From contig CAVQRN010000002.1 in NCBI GenBank assembly GCA_963715255.1, positions 495,843-559,842 on the forward strand: a DNA stretch of 64,000 bases, given 5' to 3'. The translations under genes were made by a program, and so were the position numbers. The DNA comes from an uncultured Actinomycetota bacterium (GTDB lineage: Bacteria; Actinomycetota; Acidimicrobiia; Spongiisociales; UBA5794). The notes beneath the pieces were generated by a model that saw only the letters and a program-made list of their open reading frames with translations, ran no database searches and had not been told where the DNA came from. Shown here piece by piece: positions 20,354 to 30,083 of this stretch (position 1 is its first letter; each line of letters opens with the position of its first letter).

Positions 20354-22267
20354 GTGCGACGTCTTACTCTCGTCATCGGCTCCCTGGTCCTCGTGTCTGT
20401 CGGCTTGTCTTCGACGGCTGCGATGGCGACCGGCGGGGAAGGTGAGGCGTGGCCCGCCTTCACCGAGTCGAGCTCATGTGGCGCACAGCGCGTGAGTACA
20501 CCACACGCGGAGCAGACGGGCGGCCTCAGCGTCGACGCGTTCATCCGGGGCCCGTTCGGCGCTTTCTTCGGACGGTCGGTCTCCCAGACTCTCGAAGATC
20601 TCGTTCTCTGGCCCCTTCCAGGCTCCACGGAGACTCTGGCCGTGCACCCCTCGATGGTTCCTGCACTCGACCGAGCGGGGGCTGTCATCGAGGCCGCTCT
20701 CGACGAGGGCCGCACGTACGGCATCAGGAACCGGACAACCTTCTCAGCAACGGCACGGACAATTGCAGGGAGCCTTCGGATCTCTCGGCACACCTTCGGC
20801 ACCGCGATAGACATCAACGCCGATCTCAATCCCAACAGCAACGACAACCAATTGATCACCAATCTGCCCGACTGGTGGGTTGACGCATTTCTCGACGCCG
20901 GCTTCTGCTGGGGCGGATTGTGGATCGGGTCGAAGGACGCGATGCACTTCGCATGGCAGGGTCCGGCCTTCAGTGGTACGACATCGCTCCCCCTGCCATA
21001 CGAACCGCTCACCGATGTGGCCGTCTTCTCGAAACCTCGGGTGTCGATCCCGGTCATTCCAAAGGCTCGACCCGGCACGATCGCCTCGATCCTCGCCGAC
21101 GCCGACGGCAACGGCGCGATCGACGTGATCAGACTGACCGATACTGACGACGGTTTTGTGGTCGACGTGTCGGTCGCGTCTCGACGCCACAACGCATGCT
21201 CATTGCGCCGTTCGGTCGTTGACGGGCTCGGCGACCTTCCCAAACGATCCATCGCCCAGGGGTTCGGTGACTGGGACGGGAGGGGCGGCCAGGACCTGTG
21301 GTTCGTTTCCGACGACAACGGCTCGCTGCAACTCACCGTACGGTGGGCGTTCGGCGGCTACGCAGCCGAGACGGCAGTGAGGACTGCGGTCGCGACCCCG
21401 TCTCCCGATGCGTGGATTTCGACGGCCGACTACGACGCGAACGGGACGCTGGACCTGTTCGTGATCGACGGCGATCAGTTCGATATTTGGGAGATCGACT
21501 CCACAACCGGTGCCACGCGCCTCCTCGCCACCTTCGCGAATCCCCACCCCGGCGCGAGCACGCACTTCCTCGGCGATGTGGATCTCGACAATCAACCGGA
21601 TCTGTGGTCCATCCACGGAGACAACGTTCGTATCTCGCCGGCGGCATCTGGTTACCGTCCATCGCCGGTGTCGGCCGGACCGCTCGACCTCCCCGACCGG
21701 ATCGACGATGCGGTCGCCGCGGACTACGACGGCGACGGCCGCGCCGACCTCATCACGTTCGACGGTCGCGTGAAGACGGTGTGGCTCGGCAACACTCCGC
21801 TCCCCGACGGCCTCGCTGACGAGGTCTGGTTCGAGTACGAGGAGCCGGGTTGTGAGACGGGAGAGACCACCTGGGATCGACTGGAGTACCGGTTCACGAG
21901 CGACGGCTGGGTCGCGACGGGCTCCTTCGAGTGGCGTAGCCGGCATGACCTTCCGGTGGCATGTGATCCTTCCGAGGATGACTGCGACGTCGGGGCCGTG
22001 ACCGGTACGTCGCTCGCCGAGTTCTTCGCCTGGGTCGACGGGCTGGGTGCCGCCCCGGGTGATGACACACTCGCTGCGGCAATCTCAGTCACCAGAGCGG
22101 GGTATGCACTGCCCTGCTCCCTCGACGATCGTGCCTGTTGGGACGAACCCGTTCTCCGGTCGGACGTGGCCAGCTACTTCGGCCAGTTCCTTGCGAATCG
22201 CCGCGGAGACGTACCGGCGCCGCATCGGTGGGTCGTGTCACGAGCCTCTCGTCCCGGTAGGAGCTAG
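20354..22267 (+). CDS. Secreted M15-family (D-Ala-D-Ala carboxypeptidase-like) metallopeptidase with FG-GAP/VCBS-like repeats
   Basis: Signal peptide; SRHTFGTAIDIN and DAMHF Zn motifs; repeated DxDGxG..DL motifs. Confidence 0.75.
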   Translation: MRRLTLVIGSLVLVSVGLSSTAAMATGGEGEAWPAFTESSSCGAQRVSTPHAEQTGGLSVDAFIRGPFGAFFGRSVSQTLEDLVLWPLPGSTETLAVHPSMVPALDRAGAVIEAALDEGRTYGIRNRTTFSATARTIAGSLRISRHTFGTAIDINADLNPNSNDNQLITNLPDWWVDAFLDAGFCWGGLWIGSKDAMHFAWQGPAFSGTTSLPLPYEPLTDVAVFSKPRVSIPVIPKARPGTIASILADADGNGAIDVIRLTDTDDGFVVDVSVASRRHNACSLRRSVVDGLGDLPKRSIAQGFGDWDGRGGQDLWFVSDDNGSLQLTVRWAFGGYAAETAVRTAVATPSPDAWISTADYDANGTLDLFVIDGDQFDIWEIDSTTGATRLLATFANPHPGASTHFLGDVDLDNQPDLWSIHGDNVRISPAASGYRPSPVSAGPLDLPDRIDDAVAADYDGDGRADLITFDGRVKTVWLGNTPLPDGLADEVWFEYEEPGCETGETTWDRLEYRFTSDGWVATGSFEWRSRHDLPVACDPSEDDCDVGAVTGTSLAEFFAWVDGLGAAPGDDTLAAAISVTRAGYALPCSLDDRACWDEPVLRSDVASYFGQFLANRRGDVPAPHRWVVSRASRPGRS

Positions 22268-22333
22268 TCACGACACGACCATCGAGAACCATTCTGGACG
22301 AAGCGGCACGCCTCCATCAGAATGATCTCAGGA

Positions 22334-22558
22334 ATGGAAGGCATGAACACACAGCACGCCACCGGCTACACCTGTCACATGTGCGGAGGAGTAGCCGTCG
22401 TCGAACTCGACGGCGGCTACCTCTGCGCCAGACACGGCATCGAGGCGATGATCACGGTCGACCTCCGGGCAGAGGAACCGATCGTCACCATCTCGACGGG
22501 TCTGAGATCAACAGATGGCGAGCACCGACGACCAGCCGTCCCGGGGTCGGCGCGGTGA
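22334..22558 (+). CDS. Small CxxC...CxxH putative zinc-binding protein, copy 1
   Basis: YTCHMCGGVAVVELDGGYLCARHGIEAMITVDLRAEEPIVTIST; diverged paralogue at 32791 keeps frame and ligands. Confidence 0.7.
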   Translation: MEGMNTQHATGYTCHMCGGVAVVELDGGYLCARHGIEAMITVDLRAEEPIVTISTGLRSTDGEHRRPAVPGSAR

Positions 22559-23021
22559 GATGCGCGGTCAGACCGGCGACGAGACGCCCCCGGTGCAACA
22601 ACACGGACGACTCGATCAAATAGCCGTGCGGGAAACACTCGCTGAACATCTGGTGCCCGTCGAGTGGGTCGCCACACCTCGCACACATCAACGTACGCGT
22701 CGACACCAAAGGAGGCTGCGGCGTCCGAGGCACCGGCGGCTGTGGGCGATGACCGTAGCCGCCGCACTGATGACAAGTACCCATGTGACATCTCTTCGAC
22801 ACCCACCGCCGCATTCTGAAGACCTTGTCGTAGCTCATAGAGGTGAGTGATCCCACCGCCCATCCCCCACGCACTGGGGGACGTGCGACACTCAATGCCT
22901 TCAGGTCATACCGGCGATGAGCGAAGGGGGTTGAGAGGGTTCGTGTGACGTGACAAGATGACGCTTGGGGCTGTCCTCGAGGGGAGGACGCCGTTGGTGC
23001 GATACATGGGAGGGCGAAAGG

Positions 23022-23300
23022 ATGACCGGGAGTAGCCACTTCACGATGGACGAGGCGCAGGCATACGGTGAAGCCGCTGGCATCGATTGGGCTACGTCAC
23101 GATTCGACGTTTCGCAGTTCCTCAAAGGCATGCACGTCGAACTCGAGCACGGTGCCGCGGACCCCGCCACCGATGTCACGGGGAACGATCCGCTGGTGAC
23201 CGCCAAGATTGCCCTCGCTCATCTCAACGAATACCCCGACTACTACACCCGACTCGACAAGCTCGAGAGTGAGGCCGAGGACTACTGGTCGGAGCGCTAG
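23022..23300 (+). CDS. Small conserved protein (DUF5661-like)
   Basis: FLKGMHVELEHG...TAKIALAHLNEYPDYYTRL signature. Confidence 0.75.
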   Translation: MTGSSHFTMDEAQAYGEAAGIDWATSRFDVSQFLKGMHVELEHGAADPATDVTGNDPLVTAKIALAHLNEYPDYYTRLDKLESEAEDYWSER

Positions 23301-23649
23301 AGGGCTCCAACCAGCGAGTGAGGCAACCGCCCAGATTGCCGGCCGTGTCGGGCCGCCATCGCAGTGACCAACGGCACTCACACGGACCTTCCGGAGCGAC
23401 GACTGGCCTTCTCGACTACGGGAGCCCGCGCGGCGACCGATCGAAACTCGACGCCTTGACCCGTGTGAGCGATCGCGAACGTCAACCGCCGGGCGGACGC
23501 GGTGCCGAGTACGCGCGCTGGATGGGACCGCCCACCAACTGCTCTGACAGGCGACCGAAGATGACGTCCTCGATGCAGTCACCCTGGCCAACGGCGGAAC
23601 CATCCTCTTCGGACGTGATCTCAACGTCGTCTGAGCCGTCGCCCCCGTC

Positions 23650-24894
23650 TCAAACGACTCGGGCGGCGGACCGGCCCGCGTTGGCCCACCCGGCGGCAAG
23701 TGCAGCCACCACGCTGAACACGAAGAACCCGGCGGCGAACGGCGTTACCGTCGATTGGATCGCCGAGTCGACGAACGGCGACAGCAACGCACCACCCACC
23801 AGGCTGATGACTCCGATCGTGGAGGCGGCCGTCCCAGCGGCGTAACCGACCTCGTCCAACGCTCCGGACGTCAGGAGCGGCGAGAGCGACGTCTGGAGGG
23901 AAATCATCAGGGTCGTTGCCAGGAAGAAGAACGCGAACGCTGGGACGCCGTCCGAAGCAGTCGTGACCAGGAGGTTCACCGCCGCTGCCACAACGAGCAT
24001 GATGAACACGCCCACCATCGTGCGACGTGCACCGATCAACCGGACCAACCGCGCGGAGACAAGCGTGAAGCCCGCCATCACGATTGCGCTGCTGGCAAAG
24101 AACAGGAAGAACGTGTCACCGTGGTCGTAGATCTCCCCGTACATGCGCTCCGACGACCCGAGGTAGGGAAGGAATGCCGCGCTCATGACCATCAGCGCGA
24201 TCGCGTTGCCAATGGTCTTGCGAGTCATCAGGATCTCACCGACGGTCTTCGCGAGGGTTCGGAGGTTGATCGGACGGCGGTCGCCCGGCTTCAGCGTCTC
24301 GGCAAGCCTCGTCGACCAGAGCGCTACCAGCATGCCGAAGACCGGCCCTACCGCGAACGTGTACCGCCATGACCCGAAACGCAGCAGCATCTGACCGAGG
24401 ATCGGGGCGAGTGTCGGCACGATCAGGAAGACCGTCACGATCACCGCCATGGCCCGTGCGAGGGCATCGCCGCGGAATCGGTCGCGGAACAGCGCCTGGG
24501 AGACGATCCGTGGTCCAGCGGCGCCGAGCCCCCACAAGAAGCGGCCGATCAAGATCCAAGTCAGCGAGGTCGCGAGCGTGGTGGCGAAGCCCGCCGTCGC
24601 GTACAGCAACAGGCCTGCCAGGAACACAGGCTTGCGTCCGAAGCGGTCGGCGAGCGGCCCGTAGATGAACTGTCCGACACCGAGGCCGGCGAAGAAGACC
24701 GTCACCACGAGTGCAACCGACGACGAATCCGACGGCAGGCCGAGGTACTCACGGAGTTCGCCGAACGCTGGGAGCATCGCGTCGATCGAGATCGCGACGG
24801 TCGCCGAGGCGGCCGCCATCAGGGCGAGGAACTCCCGACGGCCCTGCTTCCCCGCGGGCCGGCTCTCCCGTCCAGCGGCTGAGGGCTCGTTCAT
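23650..24894 (-). CDS. Bcr/CflA-family multidrug efflux MFS transporter
   Basis: SIDAMLPAF, GQFIYGPLADRFGRKPV, PTLAPILG, about 12 TM segments. Confidence 0.88.
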   Translation of the reverse strand: MNEPSAAGRESRPAGKQGRREFLALMAAASATVAISIDAMLPAFGELREYLGLPSDSSSVALVVTVFFAGLGVGQFIYGPLADRFGRKPVFLAGLLLYATAGFATTLATSLTWILIGRFLWGLGAAGPRIVSQALFRDRFRGDALARAMAVIVTVFLIVPTLAPILGQMLLRFGSWRYTFAVGPVFGMLVALWSTRLAETLKPGDRRPINLRTLAKTVGEILMTRKTIGNAIALMVMSAAFLPYLGSSERMYGEIYDHGDTFFLFFASSAIVMAGFTLVSARLVRLIGARRTMVGVFIMLVVAAAVNLLVTTASDGVPAFAFFFLATTLMISLQTSLSPLLTSGALDEVGYAAGTAASTIGVISLVGGALLSPFVDSAIQSTVTPFAAGFFVFSVVAALAAGWANAGRSAARVV

Positions 24895-25232
24895 GCGGGG
24901 TCAGACTACCGGTGGGTCTCGGGAGCGGAATTCCCGAGCACTCGGTCGCATGGTGGCCGCACCGATGGGTGGTGTGGCCACCGCGTGTGGCTGCTCGATC
25001 GGCAGTGCCTTGTCGGGAGTACGGGGTTCGTTGAACTCGATTCGCGAGTGTTCGGTCAGATCGCGCGGCGCCTCACCGAGCCCGCCGATCTCGGCAACGA
25101 TCGAATCCACACGCCGAGCCTCGCGGGATTTCGTCACCCGGACTCTCCTGATCACGAACATGGACAATCTCTCGCTTCGGTTTGTCCGACGCCAACCATG
25201 GCGCGATCGTTCGAGCGTGCTACGGTTCGTTC

Positions 25233-25439
25233 ATGGCACGACCAGGTCTGCGTCCCTCGTTCAACAACTTCCACAACAGCGATCTGCCCCTGCTCGAGAA
25301 GCTCCGTTTGGTTGCGAAGAACAACGCAATCAAACTCAAGAACGGCACATCGTGCTGCGGGAATCACGGCGAACCCGGCTGTTGAGTGGGCCCTGACGGG
25401 TCCGGTCCGGACTCCCACGATCACAGCCACGAGCACTAG
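25233..25439 (+). CDS. Small Cys-rich protein: 50 aa if it stops at TGA 25383-25385, 68 aa with a His-rich tail if UGA is read as Sec
   Basis: MARPGLRPSFNNFHNSDLPLLEKLRLVAKNNAIKLKNGTSCCGNHGEPGC-UGA-VGPDGSGPDSHDHSHEH-TAG; hairpin immediately after the UGA. Confidence 0.6.
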
Positions 25440-25487
25440 GAAATCGACGTTCGCTGGCTTCCAGCGAAGAGGATTGACCCGAGACCA

Positions 25488-25519
25488 AAGAACTCCCCGG
25501 CAACTACCGGGGAGTTCTT
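25488..25519. terminator. Rho-independent terminator downstream of lon (possibly bidirectional)
   Basis: AAGAACTCCCCGG-caacta-CCGGGGAGTTCTT, 13-bp perfect inverted repeat. Confidence 0.8.
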
Positions 25520-25555
25520 CTCAATGGTCGGTTGCGTCCGGCGAGGGTCAACCCC

Positions 25556-27865
25556 TCACGATGGCAAGGCCGGTTCGAGCGCCTTTTCGAGAACCTGGTC
25601 GATGGTATCGACGATGTGGAACGTCATCTCCTCCCGGCAGCTCTCCGGCACGTCATCGAGGTCGGCCTCGTTGCGGGCCGGCAGGATCACTTCGGTGAGG
25701 CCCGCCCGATGCGCCGCCAGCACCTTCTGTTTGACCCCGCCGATCGGCAGCACCTTGCCTTGCAGGGTGATCTCGCCGGTCATGCCGAGGGTGTGCTTCA
25801 CGTTCCTACCCAACAGGAGCGACACCAAGGCCGTTGTCATGCTTATGCCGGCCGAGGGACCGTCTTTGGGGACGGCGCCCGCAGGCACGTGGACATGGAA
25901 CTTCCGCTTCAGGTCGGCCGGATCGATCTTCAACTCATCGGCGTGCGACTCGATGTAGGACAGCGCGATGCGCGCCGACTCCTTCATCACGTCGCCCAGC
26001 TGTCCGGTCAACGTAAGCCCGGGTTCGCCGTCCATTGACGTCGCTTCGATGAACAGCACATCGCCACCGGCCCCGGTTACTGCCAAACCCGTAGCCACGC
26101 CGGGGACCGCGGTGCGGTCCTTGGCTTCGTCCCGCCAGACCTTGGGCTTGCCCAGGAAGTCCTTGACGTCGGGTTCGTCGATATCGACGACACTCGGCGC
26201 GTCGTCGCCGCGTGCGATCTTGGTGGCGACTTTGCGAGCCAGCTTGCCCAGTTCGCGTTCGAGAGAACGGACTCCTGCTTCCCGCGTGTACCGGTCCACA
26301 ACGGCGGTGAGTGCCCCCTCGGTGACGGCGATCTCCTCGGGTTCCAGCCCGGCGCCTCGGATCTGGCGTGGCAGGAGATGGTCGCGGGCGATCGCCACCT
26401 TCTCGAGATCGGTGTATCCATCGAGGCGGATCACCTCGGTACGGTCCAGCAGAGGTGCCGGGATCGTCTCCAACACGTTGGCGGTGCCGATGAACAGCAC
26501 ATCGGATAGGTCGAGATCCAACTCCAGATAGTGGTCCCGGAAGGTGTGATTCTGGGCCGGGTCGAGCACCTCGAGCAAGGCAGACGATGCGTCGCCTCGC
26601 CAGTCGGATCCGACCTTGTCCATCTCGTCGAGGAGGAACACCGGATTCATGGTTTCAGACTCGATCAGCGCCCGAACGATCCGTCCGGGGCGAGCGCCTA
26701 CGTACGTGCGGCGGTGACCGCGGATCTCGGCTTCGTCGCGGATGCCGCCGAGGGCGACGCGAACGAACTTGCGTCCCAGGGCTCGAGCGACCGACTCTCC
26801 CAGCGACGTCTTGCCGACTCCGGGAGGTCCTACCAGGAGGAGAATGGCTCCCTCCCTCAGGTTGCCGGCGTTCTCCAGACCACGGTCCTTGCGGAGCTTG
26901 CGGACCGCCAGGTGCTCGACGATACGTTCCTTCACGTCTGCGAGGCCGGTGTGATCGGCATCGAGGACCGCCCATGCTTCGTCGAGGTCCAAGTGATCCT
27001 CGGAAATCTCGCCCCAGGGAACATCGAACATCGTGTCGAGCCAGGTGCGGATCCAGGAATGCTCCGGAGATTGTTCGGACATCCGCTCCAGTCGATCGAT
27101 CTCCCGTTCCACCGCTTCACGGGCCTTGTCGGGAAGGTCGACGTCTTCGAGTTTCTGCCGGTACTCGGACGGCGCGTCGCCCTCTTCGCCGAGCTCCTTC
27201 TTGATCGCTTCGAGTTGCTGGCGGAGCAGGTAGTCACGCTGGGACTTGTCGATCCGCTCGGTGGCGCTGTCGCGCACCTTCCTGCGGAGCGTGAGATCGG
27301 CCAGCACCTCACCCATCCACGACATCAGCTTGCCGAGACGCTCGCGGATGTCGAGCGTTTCGAGCAATTCGACCTTCTGTTCGAGTGAGAGGTCCGGGGA
27401 GTAGACCGCCAGGTCGGCAAGTTGGCTGGGATTCTCGATTCCCAGGATTCGCTCGGCTACACCGCGCATGCCGCGCTGGCCCAGCACCTCACTCACGACG
27501 GCCCGATACTCGCCGACCAGTTCATCGAGCGCTTCATCGTGTACGTCGGCTTCGGGGTACTGCTCGGCGTCGACCCAGAGCGCTCCGCGATCGCCGATCC
27601 GGCCGGCGCCGACCCTGGCTCGGGCCAGACCTTCAACGACGATATTGCCGCCGTCGGCATCCTGAATCTGCGCAACCGTACCGACGACGGCGTAGGTCCC
27701 GTTCACCTTGGGCACCAGCAGCATCAAGCCATCGGACTGCTCGGCGGCGGCCACCGCCGTGGTTCCCTCTTCGGTTTCGATCCGAAGCGTGACCACCATG
27801 TGGGGGAATACGACCCCGTTGTGGAGGGGTAGGACCGGTAGGGTGAGTTCTCGAGTGTCAGCCAT
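25556..27865 (-). CDS. lon: ATP-dependent Lon protease
   Basis: LPVLPL N-domain, GPPGVGKTS, RGHRRTYVGA, LLEVLDP, HVPAGAVPKDGPSAG catalytic Ser, GGVKQK. Confidence 0.97.
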   Translation of the reverse strand: MADTRELTLPVLPLHNGVVFPHMVVTLRIETEEGTTAVAAAEQSDGLMLLVPKVNGTYAVVGTVAQIQDADGGNIVVEGLARARVGAGRIGDRGALWVDAEQYPEADVHDEALDELVGEYRAVVSEVLGQRGMRGVAERILGIENPSQLADLAVYSPDLSLEQKVELLETLDIRERLGKLMSWMGEVLADLTLRRKVRDSATERIDKSQRDYLLRQQLEAIKKELGEEGDAPSEYRQKLEDVDLPDKAREAVEREIDRLERMSEQSPEHSWIRTWLDTMFDVPWGEISEDHLDLDEAWAVLDADHTGLADVKERIVEHLAVRKLRKDRGLENAGNLREGAILLLVGPPGVGKTSLGESVARALGRKFVRVALGGIRDEAEIRGHRRTYVGARPGRIVRALIESETMNPVFLLDEMDKVGSDWRGDASSALLEVLDPAQNHTFRDHYLELDLDLSDVLFIGTANVLETIPAPLLDRTEVIRLDGYTDLEKVAIARDHLLPRQIRGAGLEPEEIAVTEGALTAVVDRYTREAGVRSLERELGKLARKVATKIARGDDAPSVVDIDEPDVKDFLGKPKVWRDEAKDRTAVPGVATGLAVTGAGGDVLFIEATSMDGEPGLTLTGQLGDVMKESARIALSYIESHADELKIDPADLKRKFHVHVPAGAVPKDGPSAGISMTTALVSLLLGRNVKHTLGMTGEITLQGKVLPIGGVKQKVLAAHRAGLTEVILPARNEADLDDVPESCREEMTFHIVDTIDQVLEKALEPALPS

Positions 27866-27899
27866 GCAAGCCTCTCTTTTCACGGTTGGTCCGACCTGC

Positions 27900-27925
27900 A
27901 ACCGGATGTGTCTACCCCGTATTCC
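27900..27925 (-). promoter_or_regulatory. SigR/SigH-type ECF promoter for lon
   Basis: Minus strand GGAAT-N18-GTT (GGAAT acggggtagacacatccg GTT), about 35 nt upstream of the lon ATG. Confidence 0.7.
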
Positions 27926-28169
27926 CGCCGGAACTCGAATCTGATGGCACCCTGATCAGGTTTCTACCCAAAGAGCCGCTCATCAATTGACCGTGTCGTA
28001 CGGTTCCTCACGACCGAGAGCGTCACGAACCCTCGTTTCGGCGATTCCCCATCCTCGTGGCTGGTGCGAGACCACTCGCCCGTCGATCCCACCGCCAACC
28101 GAGACTCACGATTGGTCGTTGCATGGGTCGCGCCTCTGGAGGAGCTGATAGGCTGATGGTGGAGCGTCA

Positions 28170-28712
28170 ATGACGAAACTCGAGTGGCATCACGTCCCAG
28201 ATGGGCTTGCGAGCGGCGAGTATCTCATTCACCGTGTCGCAGAGTGGCCGCGAGATCGATGGCGCCTGGACATTGGTGATCATGGAGAACAGCGCCAGAG
28301 CGGAAGCCTCTCGACCGCGTGGTCTCACGCCACGCTCCGTGGCGCCAAGGAAGCAGCCCGCCGTTCGGAACGAGAGCGGCTCCTCCGGGACAGAGTGATA
28401 GGTCACGTCGTCGTTGGTGTCGCGGCGTTCGTCGTGTTTGCGGCGTTGGCTTCGATCAGCGGGAGTCCGGTCACGTTCGCGGCCACAATGGTGGCGTTCT
28501 ACGTGGGGCTCAGGTCCTTGACGTTCGCGATCAGTATCAGGCTGGGCGACGCGTGGGGCTGGAATCGTGACGGTGGAGTAACGGCGCCCCCCACGTGGTC
28601 TGATCGTGTCGTGCTTGCTTGGATGGAGTGGATCCGCCGAAGATCCAGAGCCGCCGTCGATGTCCCAACTGCCGGTGCGGTCCGGGTGCTACCCCCGGAA
28701 CCGCCCGAGTAG
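28170..28712 (+). CDS. Hypothetical membrane protein (2 TM)
   Basis: GGAG RBS; soluble N-terminus then two hydrophobic helices. Confidence 0.6.
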   Translation: MTKLEWHHVPDGLASGEYLIHRVAEWPRDRWRLDIGDHGEQRQSGSLSTAWSHATLRGAKEAARRSERERLLRDRVIGHVVVGVAAFVVFAALASISGSPVTFAATMVAFYVGLRSLTFAISIRLGDAWGWNRDGGVTAPPTWSDRVVLAWMEWIRRRSRAAVDVPTAGAVRVLPPEPPE

Positions 28713-29300
28713 CCCGACTGAAGTCGAACCCCGCCAATAGCGAAGCCCATGAGTGCGCTACGTTGCCGGGCATGAGGGGGGACTTCGTGCTGGTGCCGCC
28801 CATCGACGGGCGCTCGATGCGCTATCAGGGTGAAGCCTGATGAGCGACTCCGGCTCGGCTATGGGTTCTCTTCTGGTCGGGGCGCCTCGTGGACCCATCA
28901 CCAGCATGGAGGTAGCAATGTCTCGTATGAGGAGTCGATGACGTTGTCGAAGGACCCGCAGTCTCCCCCACTGGGACTGCGGGCCCTTCGCTGGCGTGCC
29001 CCGCCATTCCGATCCTGCTTGTTGGGGAGGGCCGATTGGCGGGGCACGCACACCCGTGGATTCGATCACCCTGTGAGTGTGACCGTCCGGCTCCATGATG
29101 GGTCACAGCGACGGGGGCGTAAAGAATGGTTTTCAGCGTCGTGGTTGGACTAGTCCTCCGGTGAGAGAACGACGAGGCTTCCTGGGGACACGCGTTCCTG
29201 CTCCCTCGGGCGCCGGTGTTCCCATCAAGACGACATTCACGACACAGACGGCGGATCTCTGAGGTCCGTCCCTTCCCTCACCGATGGGCAGTGTCGAGAT

Positions 29301-29933
29301 CTAGCTGGAACGGTGAGGTTTCGTGCCGATGAGCTCCGCGAGTTGGCCGAGATTGTCGAGGCGCATATCTGCATCGAGACCCTTGACTGCGGCGGTCATG
29401 GCTCCTGCTGAACGGGCGGCCACAAGTCCGGTCTCCGTGTCTTCAACCACCAAGCAGCTCGAAGGCGATACTCCCAACGTCCTTGCGGCGAGGAGGTATC
29501 CCTCGGGATCAGGCTTGCCCCTTCCGACGTCCTCAACCGTGACGAGTACCGGCGCAGAGATGCCGACCGCTCCAAGCCGGGCAGCAGCAAGTCGCCGATC
29601 TGCACTCGTGACCACAGCCCAACCGAGACCGTGCCGGTCGAGAGTCTCGATGAGGTGGTGCGCGCCGGTGGCTGCTACGACATCAACGAGGTCGTCGTAT
29701 TGCATCGCCAGTTGGAACGCAGCCGCTTCTGCGACTTCGATCTCATCAAGATCCCGCCGCAGGGCCCGAACGGTGGAATCGGCGGGGTTCCCATGGGCAA
29801 TGGCGAGAACAGCAGCAGGATCGACGTCGTAGCGAAGTGCCCACGCCATCCACGCGCGCTCGACCGATGCGTCCGAGTCCACCAAGGTCCCATCCATGTC
29901 GAGCAGCACCGCTCGAACAAGGTCGATGTCCAT
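29301..29933 (-). CDS. HAD-superfamily hydrolase (sugar-phosphatase-like)
   Basis: LLDMDGTLVDS, VVTSA, GKPDPEGY, VVEDTETG. Confidence 0.9.
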   Translation of the reverse strand: MDIDLVRAVLLDMDGTLVDSDASVERAWMAWALRYDVDPAAVLAIAHGNPADSTVRALRRDLDEIEVAEAAAFQLAMQYDDLVDVVAATGAHHLIETLDRHGLGWAVVTSADRRLAAARLGAVGISAPVLVTVEDVGRGKPDPEGYLLAARTLGVSPSSCLVVEDTETGLVAARSAGAMTAAVKGLDADMRLDNLGQLAELIGTKPHRSS

Positions 29934-30083
29934 CCGCGAAACTGTAGCTGCGACCCGAAACGCCCTACCCGCAGCACTCCACGTTTACCGCCCAAGTCCT
30001 GACTGCTGGGCGGTGAACGGAGTTCTGGCAGGTGTGCAGTTTCGATCAAGAATCCCCCGTGATGGTTTCGTACAATCGGATGT

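Noticed and set aside
24901-25167. 88-aa minus-strand ORF upstream of the MFS gene
   Set aside because: No recognisable motif and it runs over the putative MFS -10 element; cannot be supported
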